Source of the DNA: a virus
Taxonomy: Duplodnaviria > Caudoviricetes
Virus record (IMG/VR): IMGVR_UViG_3300032212_000083
Location: 1 to 36,563 of that record
DNA length: 36,563 bases
Reading direction: 5' to 3' (one strand)
Below the pieces are notes generated by a model. It had not been told where the DNA came from, ran no database searches, and saw nothing but the letters and a program-made list of their open reading frames with translations. The position numbers were made by a program, and so were the translations under genes. This document shows, one piece after another, positions 14,440-23,407 of the stretch (the stretch's first letter is position 1; every line of letters starts with the position of its first letter).

Positions 14440-14843
14440 TGGCTTATAAAGTATGTTCTGAATGTAACAATGATAGGCTTCAATCATTTTATAAATATGA
14501 TGATAGTTTGTGTGATGCGTGTTACTCTGTTCAAAGGATACAGTTATTTGAAAGTGAGGGTATAGAGTGGGATAAGGTCTGTGATAAGTGCGACAACACT
14601 TCAAACGCTGTTACTAATCATAGACTTACTATAAACAATACTTTTAGAAATACTTGTAATGATTGTGTTAGAGCTTATTCAAAGTCATATTACAAAAAGA
14701 ATAACTTTGCTATCAATCAAAAACGTAAAAGAGAGTATGTACCATATAAGCCTACTAAGATATTAAGTAAGGCTAATCAAAAAGAGTTTACAGAGAGATT
14801 TAATAGAACGCTAGGAGTAAAGAAGTCTAAGTTATCGTTATAA
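14439..14843 (+). CDS. Double zinc-finger basic protein
   Basis: Four CxxC motifs, basic C-terminus, TAATG overlap. Confidence 0.75.
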   Translation: MAYKVCSECNNDRLQSFYKYDDSLCDACYSVQRIQLFESEGIEWDKVCDKCDNTSNAVTNHRLTINNTFRNTCNDCVRAYSKSYYKKNNFAINQKRKREYVPYKPTKILSKANQKEFTERFNRTLGVKKSKLSL

Positions 14844-15270
14844 CTACTTCCTCACCTGCTAATATTGCATCTCTTACTTTAGCATAGATTATTTCATAGG
14901 CATCTTGGCTTCTTCCTACTCTTTTTTTGTTCTTACTGAGGTCAGAGGTCACACCTACTAAGATGCACCCCTCAGTATGTTTATGAGTGTTTCCCATGTG
15001 GATATATACCCACTCATAATTAGGAACGTCTTGAAGCCATAACATACCTTTGTGGAACTCTTTTCCAAACTTCTTCTCGTATCGCTTAGTTACTCCACCC
15101 TCATTTCTTAGCTTGATGTGATAAGTGCCTTTAGGGATACAAGTGCTACCATACTTTTTAACCTCGTCATAATCATCTTCTAAGGTGAAGTACATAGGCT
15201 CATTGTCTATACTTAAAAAGCCTATTGTGCTGTTATCGTCCTCTTTTAAACGCTGTAATGATAAGTGCAT
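14827..15270 (-). CDS. Endolysin candidate, DUF5675 family
   Basis: STIG...FTLED...CIPKGTY...LQDVP...IHMGNTHKHTEGCILVG. Confidence 0.85.
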   Translation of the reverse strand: MHLSLQRLKEDDNSTIGFLSIDNEPMYFTLEDDYDEVKKYGSTCIPKGTYHIKLRNEGGVTKRYEKKFGKEFHKGMLWLQDVPNYEWVYIHMGNTHKHTEGCILVGVTSDLSKNKKRVGRSQDAYEIIYAKVRDAILAGEEVVITIT

Positions 15271-15272
15271 AT

Positions 15273-15671
15273 TTACCTCTTAATCGACTTGCTCTTGAAC
15301 TTCTCTAAATTCCTAAAGGTCGCTGTATTGTTTGATTTGTTTTTAGCTATTTTTGCTTCTAGGTCGGTAAACTCTAAGTGAACTAAAACCCCTATAATAG
15401 CTATAATGGCAACAACTGGAACTGATACAATAACAATAGTTCTAATAATATTTATCTTTTTTACGTGTAGATTTAATTCAAACTCTTTCAGCTCTGCTTT
15501 AATAAACGCTTTTATATCTTTATCTGACTTATGTAATTTCTCAACTAAAAAGTTATTCATAGCCTTAATGCTCGTTGAGTTTTTTCCTATATCCCTAAGC
15601 ATCTCTCTGCGCTCTTGCTCCCACTTTTCATGAAGTAGCTTTTGGATTAATTCATCTTGCTTGGTGCTCAT
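15273..15671 (-). CDS. Coiled-coil protein with one TM (lysis region)
   Basis: TM IVIVSVPVVAIIAIIGVLVHL. Confidence 0.7.
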   Translation of the reverse strand: MSTKQDELIQKLLHEKWEQERREMLRDIGKNSTSIKAMNNFLVEKLHKSDKDIKAFIKAELKEFELNLHVKKINIIRTIVIVSVPVVAIIAIIGVLVHLEFTDLEAKIAKNKSNNTATFRNLEKFKSKSIKR

Positions 15672-16183
15672 TTTACACCTGCTATGCTTTTAACTGTTTG
15701 ATAAGTCTTTGCAATATTGAGGTTATTCTCTCTTACTGTTTGAGTCACTTCATTTAGTCGTGTTTCTAATATTGAGATTCTTACTTGATTTTTAACAATG
15801 TTGTTTTCAGTCCATACACCAAAACTGATCAAAAGGATTACAACAAACCCTGCTAGTTTAAAAAAGTCACCTCTTAGTGTAGCAGGTAGTTTCTCTAAGG
15901 ACTCTAATACCTTATCGACCTTATCGAGTCTTTTATGTGATGCTTCCGTTGATGCTTGTAAAACTGAGTCAGATTTAGATAAAAGTAATTGTGCATTATG
16001 AAAATCATCTATAAGATTTTTCATCTGTATTTTAAGTTCATTGATTAGAGCAACAGCAGGCATATATTTCTCTTTGTTGGTTGATATTTCCTGAGAGATT
16101 GAGTTTATCTTATCTTGAACTTCTTTAATTTCGCTCTCTATCCTACTTAGATAATGCTCATTAATGCTAACGCTATCACCCAT
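15668..16183 (-). CDS. Coiled-coil protein with one TM (holin/XhlA-like candidate)
   Basis: Long heptad region, then TM FFKLAGFVVILLISFGVW; extended -10 TGCTATAAT at 16209-16217. Confidence 0.65.
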   Translation of the reverse strand: MGDSVSINEHYLSRIESEIKEVQDKINSISQEISTNKEKYMPAVALINELKIQMKNLIDDFHNAQLLLSKSDSVLQASTEASHKRLDKVDKVLESLEKLPATLRGDFFKLAGFVVILLISFGVWTENNIVKNQVRISILETRLNEVTQTVRENNLNIAKTYQTVKSIAGVK

Positions 16184-16253
16184 GATAAGCCTTGTAAATT
16201 TTTTATTTATTATAGCAAGTTTTAGTCGTTCAATTCTTTAAATTTGTTAGTAA

Positions 16254-16634
16254 CTACTTTGGTTTTACTTTACTGTTGTTATCAGCCCATATAACCGCAT
16301 TTTTCTTAGATGATAGTTTGTTTCCTACTTGGCATTTGATGTATTTTTTCAATCCGCTTTCAGAGTATAGATACATATTCTCATCAAAGTTAATCTCTTT
16401 CATAGGAAAAGGTAGAACTATTAATGCTCTGTTTTTAAACATTTCCTTAGTTACCATAAACTCAACATCAAACCCAACAACTACAGTTTCCTCTAATGGC
16501 ATACGCTTAGGTGGCTCACAATCAAAATAAGGAAAAAATGCTAATTCAGCTCTAACCTCTTTGTATTTTGTTACACAACCACTAAGCATAACTATAGCCA
16601 TAATAGAGCCAATAGTAAGTAGTAACTTATTCAT
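16254..16634 (-). CDS. Lipoprotein, o-spanin candidate
   Basis: Lipobox MLSG-C; overlaps the upstream TM gene by 8 nt. Confidence 0.65.
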   Translation of the reverse strand: MNKLLLTIGSIMAIVMLSGCVTKYKEVRAELAFFPYFDCEPPKRMPLEETVVVGFDVEFMVTKEMFKNRALIVLPFPMKEINFDENMYLYSESGLKKYIKCQVGNKLSSKKNAVIWADNNSKVKPK

Positions 16635-16848
16635 ATCGACCTCTCCTACCGCCCAATACTGTGTTAGTAGTATTTGTTTCTAAATCTTCTCTCTCTGACT
16701 CTACTTCGCTTATATCACGAATGACCTCTGCTGTTGTATCTGTTGGTTGCTCAATGTCTTTATCCATAATCACATAGGTAACTCCTGAGCCAACTGTGAT
16801 ACCCACTATGAATATAAATAAATAAACTATTAATTGTAATTGTTTCAT
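16627..16848 (-). CDS. N-terminal TM protein, i-spanin candidate
   Basis: One N-terminal TM plus a short hydrophilic domain. Confidence 0.55.
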   Translation of the reverse strand: MKQLQLIVYLFIFIVGITVGSGVTYVIMDKDIEQPTDTTAEVIRDISEVESEREDLETNTTNTVLGGRRGRYE

Positions 16849-16852
16849 TGCG

Positions 16853-17089
16853 TTATCCCTCTCCTAAGTATTCATCTTCTTTTTGTTCCACTTGCACTTC
16901 ACTTTTCATGTTAAAGCCAAAGAACACCGCTAGTAGTGAAGCTACCTCAGCTAACATTACTAATATAATGCTGTTGTCTTCTATCTTCATAAAGTATCCT
17001 ATGATACCAGTAGCAACCAAAGCGATTAAGATAAACATTAAAACCCATTTTGCAAAATATCTCTGTAACTCTTTTTTGTGCTTAGTCAT
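16853..17089 (-). CDS. Holin candidate (two TMs)
   Basis: Two TM helices, charged termini, lysis context. Confidence 0.6.
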   Translation of the reverse strand: MTKHKKELQRYFAKWVLMFILIALVATGIIGYFMKIEDNSIILVMLAEVASLLAVFFGFNMKSEVQVEQKEDEYLGEG

Positions 17090-17175
17090 TCTTTGTCCTT
17101 GAATATTTTACCTAAGTCATAAATAATTAAAGCGGATAATATCCCTATCATTATTATAACAGGTAGGTATTGCAT
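17086..17175 (-). CDS. Single-TM micropeptide (29 aa) coupled to the holin candidate
   Basis: MQYLPVIIMIGILSALIIYDLGKIFKDKE; ATGA overlap. Confidence 0.55.
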   Translation of the reverse strand: MQYLPVIIMIGILSALIIYDLGKIFKDKE

Positions 17176-17290
17176 TAAAATATCTTTCTCTCTGTAATAT
17201 ACTTATTTAATATCTTAAAACTACAAATAGACTGTTGCTTAAAGTAATATACTTGATTAGAAGTTAGGTACACATTTTCTATCCTACACA

Positions 17291-17782
17291 TCAAAACAAC
17301 TTTGTAGCTTTTTCCGAGCAATGATACCCTCGCCTGTCATAAATAGCCAATATTCTACAATGCAAACAAGTAACCGATGAAGCCTCACCTCTATCTATAC
17401 GCTTTCCTAGCTCTGTAGATACTGTGCTTCCATCAGTAAAACCCATAAAGTAATTTGCAAGGCGGTTAAGCTTGTTAATATGTTCACCTATAGTTTCATG
17501 CCACCAAGAGAATAAAACCGCTAGTAAGGCATAGAATAGCCACGTAGGAACGTATCCAAAGATACCAAGCTTATATCTTCCATATAGTAATGGCATAACA
17601 AATAAACTAATCGTAAATTCGTACATCAACATCAAAGGAATAAACAGCATCTTAGCTATTGTTTTAAAGCCTAAATTGTCTAACTTTGCATCTGTCGCTA
17701 ATACTGCGATACTAAGTCCAAACCATAGAAACATAAATATTGATAACCAAATATTGTCTAATACTAACTCAAGTATATACAT
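17291..17782 (-). CDS. Membrane protein with C-terminal Cys/His motif
   Basis: Three TMs, then STVSTELGKR...CLHCRIL...HC. Confidence 0.7.
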   Translation of the reverse strand: MYILELVLDNIWLSIFMFLWFGLSIAVLATDAKLDNLGFKTIAKMLFIPLMLMYEFTISLFVMPLLYGRYKLGIFGYVPTWLFYALLAVLFSWWHETIGEHINKLNRLANYFMGFTDGSTVSTELGKRIDRGEASSVTCLHCRILAIYDRRGYHCSEKATKLF

Positions 17783-18205
17783 TTATAAACCTTTTAATAC
17801 TGTTTTGTAGGTATCCCAAATAACTATCCCTTGTGCTATACCGCTATCCATAGCTTCTTGGAGTTCTGCTACTGTAGTGAGTCTAACACTATTGTCTTTT
17901 AGCACCCATTCCTCGCTAATTCCACCCGATATAGCAATTTGAAAATTTGATATATCTTGTGGTCTGACTTGTACTATCGTTGAATCTGCAAAAGTGTGAG
18001 TCATATCTTGAAGTGCATTATCTCGGTCTTCTTTTGCTTGCAACCTTACCGAATCTTGAGATGATGGTGGGTTTGAGAATGTTCCATCTAAATTGTCAAT
18101 CATGCCACAAATAGCTTTATCTGTTTCATCTTCTTTTAAACCATCTTCAATATACGGCTGAACTTTTATGATAATATTATTAATATCTATTTCATAGTAT
18201 TTCAT
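17783..18205 (-). CDS. Tail fibre assembly-type protein (DUF4376-like)
   Basis: Follows the fibre gene; AKEDRD...WVLKDNSVRLTTVAELQEA. Confidence 0.65.
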   Translation of the reverse strand: MKYYEIDINNIIIKVQPYIEDGLKEDETDKAICGMIDNLDGTFSNPPSSQDSVRLQAKEDRDNALQDMTHTFADSTIVQVRPQDISNFQIAISGGISEEWVLKDNSVRLTTVAELQEAMDSGIAQGIVIWDTYKTVLKGL

Positions 18206-18987
18206 TATTTAACTCTCCATATTTTAACTTCTGAATATATCTCTATATTAGTATCGTTTGTTGCTATTCCTAGACCATTTGCGTCTGCAACATTTGTGTA
18301 ATGTCTAAGTTCAAATACCTTCGACGTAGCTATAGAAAATAAACCATTTATATTTGCCTGAGTGACTACAGTATCACCATTTCCTGTTAGTTGGCTTTGT
18401 CCTATTAATTCATTTGCTACATCTGTAACATTATATAAAATTGCTCTATTTCTATCTGTCTTGTATGCAGGTGCTTTAGCCTCTATGTAATAATCACCAA
18501 TAGGTAAAGTTATCTGATTTGTAGCTAATGAAGCACCTGCTATTGTATTTGATAAAATAGTATTTAAAGTTCTAGTGTGTATTGTAGTTGTACCACTTGC
18601 CCCACCAGATGTGCCAGTAGTTTTTTGGTCTTGTATGTGGATAAGATTATCAACAGTAAGAAATCCATCATTAGAATTTTTCCAAAATGTCGGTGAGGAT
18701 AAAGGGTCATTCCCCACATTGGCATCTGATAGTGATTCATATATAATCCCATTTCTCATTGTTCTACTATATTGTGGGTAAGATATAGCAACATCCCATT
18801 GAGATATGCCAACTGTTTTTAAATAATTTAACCAAGAATAATATTGATTAAACATAAATCCGTGATGCTCAGATAATGGTATCTCGTTGGTTTGATAACC
18901 ATCTGTTTGTTGGTTTACTGGTGGGGTAGCTGTATTTGTTTGGTTAGCGTCAAAACTAGCTAATAGTGATGGGTTTACTGGTGGCAT
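18205..18987 (-). CDS. Tail fibre / receptor-binding protein
   Basis: N-terminal baseplate anchor (GY...P...FMFNQ...WLNYL), CBM5/12-like WDVAISYP...FWK, C-terminal beta-rich domain. Confidence 0.75.
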   Translation of the reverse strand: MPPVNPSLLASFDANQTNTATPPVNQQTDGYQTNEIPLSEHHGFMFNQYYSWLNYLKTVGISQWDVAISYPQYSRTMRNGIIYESLSDANVGNDPLSSPTFWKNSNDGFLTVDNLIHIQDQKTTGTSGGASGTTTIHTRTLNTILSNTIAGASLATNQITLPIGDYYIEAKAPAYKTDRNRAILYNVTDVANELIGQSQLTGNGDTVVTQANINGLFSIATSKVFELRHYTNVADANGLGIATNDTNIEIYSEVKIWRVK

Positions 18988-19001
18988 TTATTTTTCCTTT
19001 T

Positions 19002-19631
19002 TTACCATGAGTTTACATAAGGTGATATTCCATATCCTGAAACACCATATTGAAATGGCTGAACTCCATCTGTAGTACCTAGAAAATCTTTTTTCACAGT
19101 CAGATTATCTACTCTACTAGATAGAAACTCAACAAGATTTTTTTCAAATAATGTTAAATCTTTCTTTATGATTATATCATAGCTAGATGGTTTGTTTATG
19201 ATTACTGCAACACCGCCTGAAAGCTCTGTGAAAAATTTTAACCAATCATTCATCGTTCCATTAAAAGTAGTTAATGTTGAAGCGGCTTTTAAAAGTCTAA
19301 TATACTCTTCATTTGTTAATTCTCTAATTGCAACATTAGTGTCTTGACTTGCATAAGGTGCTAATCCATATCCAGTTATGCCATATTGAAAGAACCCATC
19401 TCCTTGTACCCCAACCTCTAAGAATGGTCTTGGATAAACACCTAATAGCTTTCCTATCTCATCTAGAACTAAAGAAAATTCACTATTTAAGTTCTTCAAA
19501 TCTTTTATTAATATTGGGTCTTGGCTAGTTTTATCATAAATATTAGCCATAAATCTAAGTACATTTTTGTAGTTGTTTCCATTTACAAGCTTCGCACTAA
19601 TTCTTGATAAGGCTAAATCTTTAAAAGTCAT
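19002..19631 (-). CDS. Baseplate protein, DUF2612-like
   Basis: LDEIGKLLGVYPR...LTNEEYIRLLKA...NGT. Confidence 0.8.
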   Translation of the reverse strand: MTFKDLALSRISAKLVNGNNYKNVLRFMANIYDKTSQDPILIKDLKNLNSEFSLVLDEIGKLLGVYPRPFLEVGVQGDGFFQYGITGYGLAPYASQDTNVAIRELTNEEYIRLLKAASTLTTFNGTMNDWLKFFTELSGGVAVIINKPSSYDIIIKKDLTLFEKNLVEFLSSRVDNLTVKKDFLGTTDGVQPFQYGVSGYGISPYVNSW

Positions 19632-20746
19632 TATGCAACCGTCACGCTAGATAAATTTGTAACAAACACCTCTTTAAACGTGGAAAACTTATTAACTGAT
19701 GTTCCATCTGTTAGAACTATTGCACTTTCTACTCCAGTTATTAAACAAACTGTTGCTATTTTTTGCGTTAACAAGTCTTCACCAATATCAAGTGAGTTGA
19801 AATATGCCACGATATTGTCTTTAACTTCTTCTATCCCCGTAGATGTATTAAAATCACTATTAGTACTTAATGTTACAGACACTACAGTTAAAAGCTCTAT
19901 AGGTCTATTAAACGCTACATTATAAGTATCACCAGTTACGGCTTTTATTAATTGGGCTGTGTCTCCAAAGCTAGGATTACCAACACCCATATAATTAAAT
20001 ACTACTTGTGCAACATTAGCATTATTTCCACCTTGAACAACAGGGCTAAATGTTCTTGCAGGCACACCATCAATTACTGAATCTGTGTTATTATCTAATA
20101 TTTTTACCTTAACTACATTTTGAATTTCAAATAGAGCTAAAAATAAACCCTCTTTTAGATTTACAGTTAAAGGACTACCTATAGTAGACAATCTACCTCT
20201 AAGACTTGCATCACTTTCTTCTGTTTGTCCTACTATCGCAGGTGTGTTATTTTTTACAGATGTTATATCTACTATTGGAGTAACTATAGATATGTTTAGA
20301 GCAGGGCATGATACCCCTATGTTTTCACTAGCCGCACTTACAAAAGCGGTAGTTCCGCTTACTGCAACCTCATACTCACTAAAAAACTTTTCATTGTTAG
20401 ATGCACATACAAACTCTGTACCTTGTGGAACTATAGTTGTGTCTACTCCTGTAATCTCTATATAGACAATGCTTTTTTGGTCTAAGATTCTAGCTTGGTT
20501 TTTGATAGTAGCGATATTGTCTAGATTTTGACCCGTTGCACTTCCTATAGTATTTTGGCTAAAAGCATCAGCTATTAATTGTTCGTTTCTAGCTTCCATC
20601 TCGCTAACTATTGCTATTAGCTCACCTGATGCACTTGAAGCTGATACATCAACATCACCAGTAAATTCTTGGTAAAGTGTTGTATTTTCTGTTGTGATTT
20701 CCTCTAATGTTGAAAGGCTTACACCATCATCTGTAATAACACTCAT
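19631..20746 (-). CDS. Baseplate J-like wedge protein
   Basis: SATGQNLDNIA...GQTEESDASLRGR...DGVPARTF...VAFNRP. Confidence 0.9.
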   Translation of the reverse strand: MSVITDDGVSLSTLEEITTENTTLYQEFTGDVDVSASSASGELIAIVSEMEARNEQLIADAFSQNTIGSATGQNLDNIATIKNQARILDQKSIVYIEITGVDTTIVPQGTEFVCASNNEKFFSEYEVAVSGTTAFVSAASENIGVSCPALNISIVTPIVDITSVKNNTPAIVGQTEESDASLRGRLSTIGSPLTVNLKEGLFLALFEIQNVVKVKILDNNTDSVIDGVPARTFSPVVQGGNNANVAQVVFNYMGVGNPSFGDTAQLIKAVTGDTYNVAFNRPIELLTVVSVTLSTNSDFNTSTGIEEVKDNIVAYFNSLDIGEDLLTQKIATVCLITGVESAIVLTDGTSVNKFSTFKEVFVTNLSSVTVA

Positions 20747-21115
20747 TTATATACCTTGTGAAAAGTTAAATTCTTGTGAGTTGCCATCTACCGCAACAAC
20801 TTTAAAGCTTATTTCTATAACTCTTTGTGCTGTTATATCTACTTGAAAATCTATCAAGTCATTAAAATACACTAATGGACTTATTTTACCATAATAAACT
20901 GTCTCTAATGTTGTTAAGTCAAAGCTTTTGCCTAGTAAATCATCATATGGCATACCTTGTGTTATGTCATATAGGAATTCATTAGTATATGTATTTAACA
21001 ATAAGTCTACTTGCTGAAATAATAAATCGCTTATCTCGAAAGTTTTTGCCAAAGGTAGAACTAAATCAAACTCTCCCTCGCTTGTCTCTTGTACTGCATA
21101 ATCAATAGCCGCCAT
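20747..21115 (-). CDS. Baseplate wedge / gp25-like protein
   Basis: LNTYTNEFLYDITQGMPY; position before J. Confidence 0.7.
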   Translation of the reverse strand: MAAIDYAVQETSEGEFDLVLPLAKTFEISDLLFQQVDLLLNTYTNEFLYDITQGMPYDDLLGKSFDLTTLETVYYGKISPLVYFNDLIDFQVDITAQRVIEISFKVVAVDGNSQEFNFSQGI

Positions 21116-21117
21116 AT

Positions 21118-21744
21118 TTAAACCTTAAATGTATCGAATTTAACTTTTAAAGCATCTATTTGTGCTTTGAGTGCTGTAAACCCTGCCGCTGTACTTATCG
21201 GGTAAGTACCTGCTGAACTACCTTCTGTAATAATTACTGTTGTAGTGCTTAAAAGATTACTTGTATCACTTAAGAACTGTATCGTATCACTAAGTAATGT
21301 TACCATATCCTCAGTATCGTTTGATATTTTTATCTTACTTGGTACATTAAAATCAACAAATTCTGGAATGGGTATAGAGTCTAATGAATTATTTATCCCA
21401 ACTAATGCAAATCCATTGTTTATATTAAAATCACTAGAGTATACTAGTTGGTTTTCGCCACCAAGCCAATCTTCTACTGTATCTTTTGAGAATATGATTA
21501 AGCATTTATCGCCTACGCTTATAGGGAATTGTAAATAATTATCACCACCGCTTAATGTAATAAAAGGTAGGTCTGGTAATTCTTCCTTAGATGTATCAAT
21601 AGTAACGTCTAGCTTTGTTCTATCCTCGCTTATAGCTGTAATAGTAGCCATATTTGAGGTATTAACATCTGCTAGTGCGTTTAATATCGCAGTAAACATA
21701 AAGTTTTCTATCCCATCGCTTGACTGTTCGTTATTGATTGGCAT
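21118..21744 (-). CDS. Baseplate spike (gpV/gp138-like)
   Basis: LPDLPF...GG...FPISVGDKCLIIFS...EDW. Confidence 0.85.
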   Translation of the reverse strand: MPINNEQSSDGIENFMFTAILNALADVNTSNMATITAISEDRTKLDVTIDTSKEELPDLPFITLSGGDNYLQFPISVGDKCLIIFSKDTVEDWLGGENQLVYSSDFNINNGFALVGINNSLDSIPIPEFVDFNVPSKIKISNDTEDMVTLLSDTIQFLSDTSNLLSTTTVIITEGSSAGTYPISTAAGFTALKAQIDALKVKFDTFKV

Positions 21745-22660
21745 TTTGAACCCTTAAAAGATTTAACCCTATGACTTCTACAGTAGCTACTTCATCACTA
21801 AAATTATCAACTATGTATTTTAGCTCTTGGACTTTATAAGTTCCAGTTCCACTAATCCTAACTTTTTGAACTCTATAGGTTGACAGATTACCAAAAGCGA
21901 TATTATTGCTTTTGCTTTGAACTTCAAATTTACCACCTATCTTTAATTGAGCATTTAATAAAAGCTTACAATTTATTCCTTGCTCTGTTAATGTTGGTGG
22001 GTCTAATAAGTCTTTATTAGTGATAACTATATTATCTATAGCCTCGTTTTTGTTCTGTATATTAATCTTACCATCATCGATATAAACATCTTCACTATTT
22101 GATGTTCCACCCAAACAATTAGACAACAAGTCTTTGATATTTTTAACTATCTCACCATTAACGATAATAGATTTTAAGATACTCTTATCCGTACACCCTT
22201 TAATATCTGATATCAACCCTCTTGTTGCTACTCCTGTACTTTCTAACGTGCTAACTAAGTCTAACACTATATCTTTTCTTGATATGCCTGCATCATATCT
22301 CTTAGTTACTGTTTCTCTAAAGGCGTTATACCCATCACCACAATATAGACTTGTGACCCATTCGGCTTCTAGCTTTCGATATAAGCTATTAACATTGATT
22401 AAATCGCCTTGAAACAATACATTACCATCTAGTGATATAGTTATTTTCGTAATGCCTATATTCTCTGTGTAGTTATACACGTTGTTATATAAATCTTCTC
22501 TACTGTTTCTATTTAGGTTGTATATTTGTAGCTCTGCTATGTTTGGCAAACCTGATAAAGTTTTGGTTATTACTGTTGAGATATGCAAGTCTGTTATGGT
22601 CTTATTGACTGCATTATTGACAATCGTTACAACTAAATCCCTTGAACTGTATTTACTCAT
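21731..22660 (-). CDS. Baseplate hub protein
   Basis: PNIAELQIYNLNR...LFQGDL...CGDG...GTYKV; synteny. Confidence 0.8.
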   Translation of the reverse strand: MSKYSSRDLVVTIVNNAVNKTITDLHISTVITKTLSGLPNIAELQIYNLNRNSREDLYNNVYNYTENIGITKITISLDGNVLFQGDLINVNSLYRKLEAEWVTSLYCGDGYNAFRETVTKRYDAGISRKDIVLDLVSTLESTGVATRGLISDIKGCTDKSILKSIIVNGEIVKNIKDLLSNCLGGTSNSEDVYIDDGKINIQNKNEAIDNIVITNKDLLDPPTLTEQGINCKLLLNAQLKIGGKFEVQSKSNNIAFGNLSTYRVQKVRISGTGTYKVQELKYIVDNFSDEVATVEVIGLNLLRVQNANQ

Positions 22661-22907
22661 CTGTAACTAACTTAAAGCCGCTTATATTTGTAAGGGTTGC
22701 GTAACTGCTTTTACTATCAGATGTGAACTTATAGCCATCTCTTTGAAAGCCAGTAACTACCTTATTATGATATTCTATAACTTCACCATCAAGGCTAAAC
22801 AAGTCATAATAAAAATAATCCTCTTGGGTATTGTATTTAAAGCGTAATTCAAATTGGCTAGTCTTAACAACTCTATTGGTAAAAGTATTATCTAAAGTTG
22901 TAATCAT
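22653..22907 (-). CDS. Baseplate plug-like small protein
   Basis: LRFKYN...FYYDL...KVVTG; synteny. Confidence 0.65.
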   Translation of the reverse strand: MITTLDNTFTNRVVKTSQFELRFKYNTQEDYFYYDLFSLDGEVIEYHNKVVTGFQRDGYKFTSDSKSSYATLTNISGFKLVTDE

Positions 22908-23407
22908 GAAAATACTCCTACTGCGTCAGATAGAGATAACGTATCACCTGCTTTTGGTATCCTGTTCTCAATAATGGAAAACGATATTATTAGTGCATCA
23001 TCATCTGTTTCGGTATATGAAAAATTAGTCAAAAAATAACCTTCATACTTATCATATTTTGTTTTAATAGTTACAGTCTCTTTATCATCTGATATTTTTT
23101 GTAAGATATTTAATTGCTTTTTAGTGTAGCTCTTTATGAGTTTAAACCCTGCTATGTTAGCAAGGCTAGTAAACGCTCTGGTATCTAATAGGCTCTGGGC
23201 TGTATCCGTTACTATGATTTCAATATCAACTGTTTTAGCGTTATTGTGTACTGCGTCGTTAGCATCAAAACCATCTTCTGTTGGTCTAGTTGTTACTGTG
23301 TTGGTGTTGTTTGGAGTAGCCGAAAATATACCATCAAAGCTAACTGTTTTTCCGCTACTAGATTTCATCTCGTCATTAGAAAAAAGACTAATATTTATAA
23401 TAGGCAT
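22904..23407 (-). CDS. Tail tube initiator / Dit-like protein
   Basis: VTTRPTEDG...DAVHNN; follows the tape measure gene. Confidence 0.7.
   Translation of the reverse strand: MPIINISLFSNDEMKSSSGKTVSFDGIFSATPNNTNTVTTRPTEDGFDANDAVHNNAKTVDIEIIVTDTAQSLLDTRAFTSLANIAGFKLIKSYTKKQLNILQKISDDKETVTIKTKYDKYEGYFLTNFSYTETDDDALIISFSIIENRIPKAGDTLSLSDAVGVFS

Noticed and set aside
18205-18987. DGR or invertase-driven tail fibre variation
   Set aside because: No reverse transcriptase, invertase or template repeat found.
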